From contig JAKJEM010000003.1 of NCBI GenBank assembly GCA_022705425.1, positions 34,561 to 87,594 of the forward strand: 53,034 nt of DNA. Reading direction: 5' to 3'. The notes beneath the pieces are model-generated. The model saw nothing but the letters and a program-made list of their open reading frames with translations. It was not told where the DNA came from and ran no database searches. This document shows positions 47,564 through 53,034 of the stretch, piece by piece; position 1 is the first letter of the stretch; each line of letters begins with the position of its first letter. A program made the position numbers and the translations under genes. Origin of the DNA: Planctomycetota bacterium. GTDB taxonomy: Bacteria > Planctomycetota > Brocadiia > CAIUPP01.

Positions 47564-48625
47564 ATGGCGGACCCGAAGAAGACGCGCGTGGCCTTCGTAG
47601 GCGTGGGCAACATGGGCCAGTGCGCGCACCTGCGGAACTACGCGGCGTTGCCGGACTGCGAGATCATCGCCCTGGCCGAAGTCCGCGAGGACCTGGGGGC
47701 GAAGGTGGCCGCGCGCTACGGCGTGCCGCGCGTCTATCGCACGCACGAGGAGATGCTCGCCCGCGAGACGCCGGACGCCCTCGTTGCCTCGCAGCCCTTC
47801 ACCCGCCACGGCACGCTTCTGCCCGAACTGCTCAAGGCCGGCAAGCCGATCTTCATCGAGAAGCCCCTGGCCGGCAGCGTGGCGATGGGGGAGCGTGTGC
47901 TCGATGCCGAGCGGCAGAGCGGGACCTTCCTCATGGTGGGCTACCACAAGCGCAGCGACGCGGCCACGGCGCGCGCCGTGCAGGAGATCGCCGCGCTCCG
48001 AGCCTCCTCCGCACTGGGCCGGATGCGGTATGTGCGCATCGCCATGCCGCCCGGGGACTGGATCGCCGGCGGCTTCAACGAACTCATCCGGAGCGACCTC
48101 CCGCGCAGCGCCGGCGGGGAGGACCCCGTCCCGCAGGACATGGATGCCGATCTTTACAAGAAATACCTCGCCTTCGTGAACTACTACATCCACCAGGTGA
48201 ACCTGATGCGGCATCTCCTCGGCGAGTCCTATACGGTGCGCTACGCCGACCCGACGGGGGTGCTCCTGGCGGGGGAAAGCGCCGGCGGAGTCGCCTGTGC
48301 CATCGAGATGGGGGCCTACCAGACAACCGTGGACTGGCAGGAGTCGGCCTTGGTGGCCTTCGAGCGAGGCTGGCTGCGCCTGGACCTGCCCGCGCCGCTG
48401 GCACTCAACCGCCCCGGAGCGCTGACGGTCTTCGCCGACCCGGGCAAGGGTGTTGCGCCGCAGACGGTCATTCCCCAGTTCCCCTGGGAGCACGCCATGC
48501 GCCGCCAGGCGGCGAACTTCCTGCGCGCCGTGCGCGGCGAGATGCCGCCCCTCACTACCGCCGGCGAGGCGCTCGAAGACCTCCGGGTCGCGCGCGACTA
48601 CACGCGCCTGCGCTGGGGCCGGTAG
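47564..48625 (+). CDS. Gfo/Idh/MocA-family oxidoreductase
   Basis: RVAFVGVGNMGQCAHLRNYAALPDCEIIALAE Rossmann N-terminus and the family EKP motif (IFIEKPLA). Confidence 0.8.
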   Translation: MADPKKTRVAFVGVGNMGQCAHLRNYAALPDCEIIALAEVREDLGAKVAARYGVPRVYRTHEEMLARETPDALVASQPFTRHGTLLPELLKAGKPIFIEKPLAGSVAMGERVLDAERQSGTFLMVGYHKRSDAATARAVQEIAALRASSALGRMRYVRIAMPPGDWIAGGFNELIRSDLPRSAGGEDPVPQDMDADLYKKYLAFVNYYIHQVNLMRHLLGESYTVRYADPTGVLLAGESAGGVACAIEMGAYQTTVDWQESALVAFERGWLRLDLPAPLALNRPGALTVFADPGKGVAPQTVIPQFPWEHAMRRQAANFLRAVRGEMPPLTTAGEALEDLRVARDYTRLRWGR

Positions 48626-48634
48626 GCCGTCCCT

Positions 48635-49168
48635 TCACCGGCGCAGGCGTCGCGCCGAGGCCTCGACCTCGAGGGGCGGTTCGTCATCCAGCGCGTCCGC
48701 CCCCACCAACGACACCAGTCGCTCCATCGTGGCCGCCATGGACTCCTGCTCCTCGGCGGAGAGGTTCCGGAAGGCTTCGGACAGAGCGCTCTGAAGGGGA
48801 TAGGGAGTGCGGGCGACCAGGGCGCGCCCGTCGGGGGTGGCTTCCACATGCACCAGCCGCCGGTCCTCGTCGTCCCGCTCGCGCTGGGCCAACCCCTTCT
48901 GTTCCAGCCGGTCCAGAATGCCGATGACGGTACTGGCGCTGACGTGGACGTGGCGGGCGATCTCCGTGGCCGTAATGGGGCCGTGGTCCACAATCGCCAT
49001 CAGGCACAGAAGCTGGGGCCCGGTCACGTCCGATTCCTCCGCCAGCCGGCGCGAGTCCATGTCCGCCGCGCGAATGAGGCGGCGAAGGGCGTTCAGGATG
49101 CGCTCTTCGGAACGTGGCGGCTCTCCCGGGGTCTCGGGTATCGGGCGTACGCCCTCGCTCGTATTCAT
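48635..49168 (-). CDS. MarR-family transcriptional regulator
   Basis: Winged HTH block (GPQLLCLMAIVDHGPITATEIARHVHVSASTVIGILDRLEQKGLAQRERDDEDRRLVHVEAT). SD GGAGAGAGGAG. Confidence 0.8.
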   Translation of the reverse strand: MNTSEGVRPIPETPGEPPRSEERILNALRRLIRAADMDSRRLAEESDVTGPQLLCLMAIVDHGPITATEIARHVHVSASTVIGILDRLEQKGLAQRERDDEDRRLVHVEATPDGRALVARTPYPLQSALSEAFRNLSAEEQESMAATMERLVSLVGADALDDEPPLEVEASARRLRR

Positions 49169-49326
49169 CCAGCTCCTCTCTCCAATCTGCCGAAACACCC
49201 CTGTCGGGCGGACTCTGGCACGCATTATACTCCGGCATTCCCCTGGCGCAAGAACGCAACCCATCGGCCCACGCAGCAAGCGTCCGCGACCCGAGGACGA
49301 GGCAGAAATAAAAAACGTCAGGCATC

Positions 49327-49355
49327 TTGACACATTCATCTGAAACCATTATACT
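49327..49355 (+). promoter_or_regulatory. Near-consensus sigma70 promoter TTGACA-N17-TATACT in an AT-rich island
   Basis: TTGACA 49327-49332 and TATACT 49350-49355. Followed by about 470 nt of non-coding leader (rare AGG codons in every frame) before the EIIA-fusion gene. Confidence 0.45.
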
Positions 49356-49830
49356 ACACATGGATGCAAAAGCAAAGGTCGTTGTGCATATGATTGGGGC
49401 TGTAGGCGTCTCCGGGCCGGCCGTGAGGGGGCCGGAATCAGAGAGGGGAGCCGCTGAGACGCAGAGGGGACGGAAGACGATCGGCCAGTGCGCAGATGAC
49501 GTGGGAGCAGGCCGATGTTGTTTGAGCCGGCAGAGGGTGAGGCGCCCCGCCGGGTCAGGCTTCATTGCCCGCGCCGCGATCCCAAGGCAGGGAAGGAGGC
49601 GCATCATGAAGACTCGCATCGCGCGTGAAAATGGGAATGTCGAGACCCGCGCCGGGTCGCGGGGATGGTCCGCCGTCGCGCGCTGGTTTGCGGACGGCTT
49701 TCTGACCTGCCCCTTTCCGCCGGTTGTCGGTGTCGAGTGGAGCCTGATGGTTCTTCCCGATCAGCTGACACGCAACCCCTCTCCGGACGCCGGAGGAGGA
49801 GGAGGACTTGCGCCCGGCGGAGGGACAGAC

Positions 49831-51438
49831 ATGAAACTCGCTGCCATGCTCGGCGCCTCGTCGGTTCAGATCGGACTGGAGACGCGGACGAAGGAAGAGA
49901 CTCTCCGCGCAATGCTCGATGCGGTTGCGCAGACGCGTCCGCTGACGTCATCCGAGGCGCTCGGCGACATCCTCGCCCGCGAGCGCGCCGGCGGCACGGT
50001 GCTGTTGCAGGGCGACGTGCGTATCGCCGTGCCTCATGCCTCGACGCGCGCCTGCAAGCAGATGCTGCTGGCCGTGGCGACATCGGCGTCCGGCGTGCCC
50101 TGGGACGAAGACGGGCGGTCGGCGCGATTGTTCTTCCTGCTGATCGGCCCTGCGGAGGCGCACGCGCTGTACCTGCGGCTGCTGACGCGCATCGCCCGGC
50201 TGTGTCAGGACGAAACGCTGGTGCAGTCGCTGTTGAAGGCGGAGACGCCCCAGCAGGTGATTGACCTCATGGCGGCGGGCGAGACGACACTCGAGGACCT
50301 GCCGCCCGGCGCGGAGATGCCCTCCTTCTGCGTCCTGGGCGCGGGGCACGGCGGCCTGGCCATGGCGGGCCACCTCGCGTTGCTCGGATGTCGCGTCAAC
50401 CTCTTCAACCGCACCTGGGAGCGCATCGAGCCGATCCATGCCCGCGGCGGCATCGAGGTCACCGGCGAAGTGGAGGGCTTCGCGGCGCTCAACCTGGCGA
50501 CCGCCGATCCGGCCCAGGCCGTGGACAACGTGGACATCCTGATGGCCGTTCTGCCGGCCAGCGCCCACCGCGACATCGCGCGCATCGTCGCGCCGCACCT
50601 GAAGGACGGCCAGATTCTCATCCTGAACCCCGGCCGCACCGGCGGGGCGCTGGAAGTCACCCGTGTCATCCGGCAGGTCAACCCCGGAGTTCGCGCCTTT
50701 GTGGCGGAGGCGCAGACGCTGCTCTATGCCGCCCGGACGACGAACCCCGGCCAGGTCCACGTCTTCGGCATCAAGAACTCCGTGCCCGTCGCCGCGCTGC
50801 CGGCCTATGCCACCACCGACGTCCTGGCGATCCTGCGGCGCGCGCTCCCCCAGTTCGTGCCTGGCGACAATATCCTCAAGACGAGTCTCGACAACATCGG
50901 CGCGGTCTTCCATCCCGCCATCACCCTGCTCAACGCCGGCCGCATCGAGGACACCCACGGCGACTTCGAGTTCTATGTGCAGGGCGTCACGCCGGCGGTA
51001 GCGCGCGTGCTGGAGGCGATTGACCGCGAACGGGTGAACGTGGCGAGCGCGCTGGGCATACGCGCGCACACCGCGCGCGAGTGGCTCTACCTGGCCTACG
51101 ACGCGGCGGGCAAGACGCTCTACGACGCCATGCGCGCCAATGCCGGCTACTCCGGGATCAAGGCGCCGGGCACCGTCCTTCAGCAGTACATCACGGAGGA
51201 CGTGCCGGCCAGCCTCGTGCCCCTCGCCTCGATCGGCGAGATGTTCCGCGTGCCCACGCCGACCATCCGGGCGATGATTGACCTGGCCTCGGCCATGCAC
51301 GGCGTGGACTACTGGGCCGAGGGGCGCACGGTGGAAAAGCTGGGCATCAAGGGCATGTCCCTGCGGGAGTTGCGGTTCATGGTGGTCGGCGCGGACCCGG
51401 GCGTGGCCGACACGCAGAAACCGGCGGCCAAGGCGTAG
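49831..51438 (+). CDS. Fusion protein: N-terminal PTS EIIA(Ntr)-type regulatory domain plus C-terminal opine (octopine/nopaline) dehydrogenase-family NAD(P)-binding enzyme
   Basis: EIIA-2 block GDVRIAVPHAS with the phosphorylatable His in the conserved IA(I/V)PH context. This is followed without a stop by the CVLGAGHGGLAMAGHLALLGCRVNLFNR Rossmann start and an octopine-DH-like C-terminal domain. SD GGAGGGA. An alternative upstream ATG at 49606 (strong SD) was judged non-coding on codon usage. Confidence 0.7.
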   Translation: MKLAAMLGASSVQIGLETRTKEETLRAMLDAVAQTRPLTSSEALGDILARERAGGTVLLQGDVRIAVPHASTRACKQMLLAVATSASGVPWDEDGRSARLFFLLIGPAEAHALYLRLLTRIARLCQDETLVQSLLKAETPQQVIDLMAAGETTLEDLPPGAEMPSFCVLGAGHGGLAMAGHLALLGCRVNLFNRTWERIEPIHARGGIEVTGEVEGFAALNLATADPAQAVDNVDILMAVLPASAHRDIARIVAPHLKDGQILILNPGRTGGALEVTRVIRQVNPGVRAFVAEAQTLLYAARTTNPGQVHVFGIKNSVPVAALPAYATTDVLAILRRALPQFVPGDNILKTSLDNIGAVFHPAITLLNAGRIEDTHGDFEFYVQGVTPAVARVLEAIDRERVNVASALGIRAHTAREWLYLAYDAAGKTLYDAMRANAGYSGIKAPGTVLQQYITEDVPASLVPLASIGEMFRVPTPTIRAMIDLASAMHGVDYWAEGRTVEKLGIKGMSLRELRFMVVGADPGVADTQKPAAKA

Positions 51439-51513
51439 CGCCGCCGCCGGCGGTCTTCGGAGAGGTTCGATCGTTCGTGCGGCGCGCCGTTGCGCCGGGA
51501 AAGGAGCGGGACA

Positions 51514-52998
51514 ATGTGTGGAATCGCCGGAATGCTTGGCGCGGCCGACACGGAGCAGGTGCGCCGCATGATCCGCTCTTTGCAGCACCGCGGGCCGGAC
51601 GGCACGGGATACTGCGAAGGGAAGGACTATGCCCTCGGCCACGCCCGGCTGAGCATCATTGACATCGAGGGCGGCGCGCAGCCGATGGCCGACCGGGAGG
51701 ATCAGGCCCGGATCGTCTTCAACGGCGAGATCTATAACTACCGCGCCCTGCGCCGCGCCATGGGCGAGGAGCGCTTCCGCACCTGCAGCGACACGGAGGC
51801 GATCCTGGCCCTGTCGGCGCGGGGCGAGGCGCCCGAGCAGTGGGTCCGAAACCTCGACGGCATGTTCGCCTTTGCGCTGGTGCGCGGCAACGACGTGATC
51901 CTGGCCCGCGACCCGCTGGGCATCAAGCCGCTCTATCTCGGACACCGGAAGGACGCGGTCCTGGTGGCCTCGGAGATCAAGGCCCTTGCGGGCAGCTCCG
52001 ACGTGATCGTTGAGTTCCCGCCGGGGCACGTCTTCAGTTCGTCGGCGGGAATGAAGCGCTACTACAGCGTCCCGACGCCGCGCGCCGGCGAGGAGGACCT
52101 GGCCGAGGCCGAAGCGCGCCTCCTGGCGCGGCTCGATGCCGCCGTCGAGAAGCGCCTCATCGCCGACGTTCCGGTGGGCGTGTTTCTCAGCGGCGGGCTG
52201 GACAGCAGCCTGATCTCCTTCCTGGCGCGCCGGCATCAGGACGTGCTCCACTCCTTCTCCGTCTGCACGGAGGATTCGCCGGACCGTTCCCGCGCGCGCC
52301 AGGTGGCCGAGTTCCTGGGCACCCTGCACCACGAGCGGGTCTTCACCGCCGCGGAGGCGCTCAAGGCGCTGCCGGAGGTCATCTACTACCTCGAATCCTT
52401 CGACTGCGCGCTGGTGCGCAGCGCGATGCCGAACTTCTTCCTGGCCCGCCTGGCCGCCGATCACGTCAAGGTGGCCCTCTCCGGCGAGGGCGCCGACGAG
52501 CTGTTCGCCGGCTACGACTACCTGAAGGGCCTTGCGATGGACGGCCTGCCCGATGAACTGCACCGGATCACCAGCGCCCTGCACAACACGAACCTCCAGC
52601 GTTGCGACCGGATGAGCATGGCGCACGGGCTGGAGGTGCGGGTGCCCTTCATGGATGTCGCCGTGGTCGAGCTCGCCTTCAGCCTGCCGGTCGAGTTCAA
52701 GCAGCACGGTCCGGACCGGACGGACAAGTGGATTCTGAGGAAGGTGGCGAGTCTGCTGCTTCCGGCGGATATCGCCTGGCGGCCGAAGATCAAGTTCGCC
52801 GCCGGTTCCGGCCTGGGCGCGAGCCTGGCGCGCCACGCCGAGGAGCGCATCAGCGACGCGGAGTTCGAGCGCTTCCGGCGCACGGAGCCCGAAGCGCAAC
52901 TGAGATCGAAAGAGGAGCTCTTCTACTACCGCATCTTCCGCGACATCTTTCCGCGCAAAGACCTGCTGCCGCTGGTGGGGCGCAGTCGCAGCGTGTAA
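51514..52998 (+). CDS. Asparagine synthetase B-family glutamine-dependent amidotransferase (short, 494 aa)
   Basis: N-terminal MCGIAG (Cys nucleophile), SGGLDSS PP-loop, and a C-terminal synthetase domain. SD AAAGGAG. Confidence 0.85.
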   Translation: MCGIAGMLGAADTEQVRRMIRSLQHRGPDGTGYCEGKDYALGHARLSIIDIEGGAQPMADREDQARIVFNGEIYNYRALRRAMGEERFRTCSDTEAILALSARGEAPEQWVRNLDGMFAFALVRGNDVILARDPLGIKPLYLGHRKDAVLVASEIKALAGSSDVIVEFPPGHVFSSSAGMKRYYSVPTPRAGEEDLAEAEARLLARLDAAVEKRLIADVPVGVFLSGGLDSSLISFLARRHQDVLHSFSVCTEDSPDRSRARQVAEFLGTLHHERVFTAAEALKALPEVIYYLESFDCALVRSAMPNFFLARLAADHVKVALSGEGADELFAGYDYLKGLAMDGLPDELHRITSALHNTNLQRCDRMSMAHGLEVRVPFMDVAVVELAFSLPVEFKQHGPDRTDKWILRKVASLLLPADIAWRPKIKFAAGSGLGASLARHAEERISDAEFERFRRTEPEAQLRSKEELFYYRIFRDIFPRKDLLPLVGRSRSV

Positions 52999-53034
52999 GG
53001 GTTGCTTCCCGGCGGGGTCGGCCGCTTTCGTTCG

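Noticed and set aside
49400-49480. TPP-riboswitch-like elements in the leader (GGGGAGCC…CUGAGA…GAUCGG…GGGA)
   Set aside because: The strand that should pair with GGGG after CUGAGA is GGGGA rather than ACCC, so the P2/P3 architecture cannot form. The downstream gene is unrelated to thiamine metabolism.
49360-49830. N-terminal extensions of the EIIA-fusion gene from ATG 49360 (leaderless) or ATG 49606 (strong GGAAGGAGG SD)
   Set aside because: The frame is open, but codon usage is atypical (many AGG/AGA/GGA codons; GC3 about 65-68% versus much higher in flanking genes). The 49606 start remains a possible alternative, giving a 75-aa Gly-rich N-extension.

Overview
High-GC (about 68%) bacterial chromosome segment. 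The gene content suggests an anaerobic or facultatively anaerobic heterotroph, possibly from the Planctomycetota-Verrucomicrobiota (PVC) group, but that placement is inference. The window starts (minus strand) with the N-terminus of a glycyl-radical enzyme, translationally coupled to a Zn-dependent alcohol dehydrogenase, followed by housekeeping genes uppP, mnmE and yidC. The central part carries a three-gene electron-bifurcating-type [FeFe]-hydrogenase operon, ordered hydB (NuoF-like), hydA (catalytic) and hydC (NuoE-like), on the minus strand. Its leader has an extended -10 promoter followed by three TGTGA-N6-TCACA operators spaced exactly 20 bp apart, of Rex or CRP/FNR type. The catalytic subunit HydA carries TSCSPGW where canonical [FeFe]-hydrogenases have the conserved L1 motif TSCCPxW. 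Further on are carB followed by carA (inverted order), an MscS-type mechanosensitive channel with a C-terminal ParB/Srx-like domain, and a promoter-driven operon encoding a beta-carbonic-anhydrase-like unknown protein, NfeD and flotillin. There is an AraR-like regulator and a polysaccharide-degradation neighbourhood with two heparinase II/III-like lyases, an FG-GAP protein, Gfo/Idh/MocA oxidoreductases and a possible DUF4091-like protein. One lyase promoter region is interrupted by an intact IS4-family insertion sequence with a 10-bp target-site duplication. The 3' end has a MarR gene divergent from a fused PTS-EIIA(Ntr)-opine-dehydrogenase gene with a near-consensus sigma70 promoter and a long (about 470 nt) leader, followed by an AsnB-like amidotransferase. 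No rRNA, tRNA or CRISPR array was found. Many long ORFs in the track are antisense or alternate-frame shadows typical of high-GC DNA and were not called.
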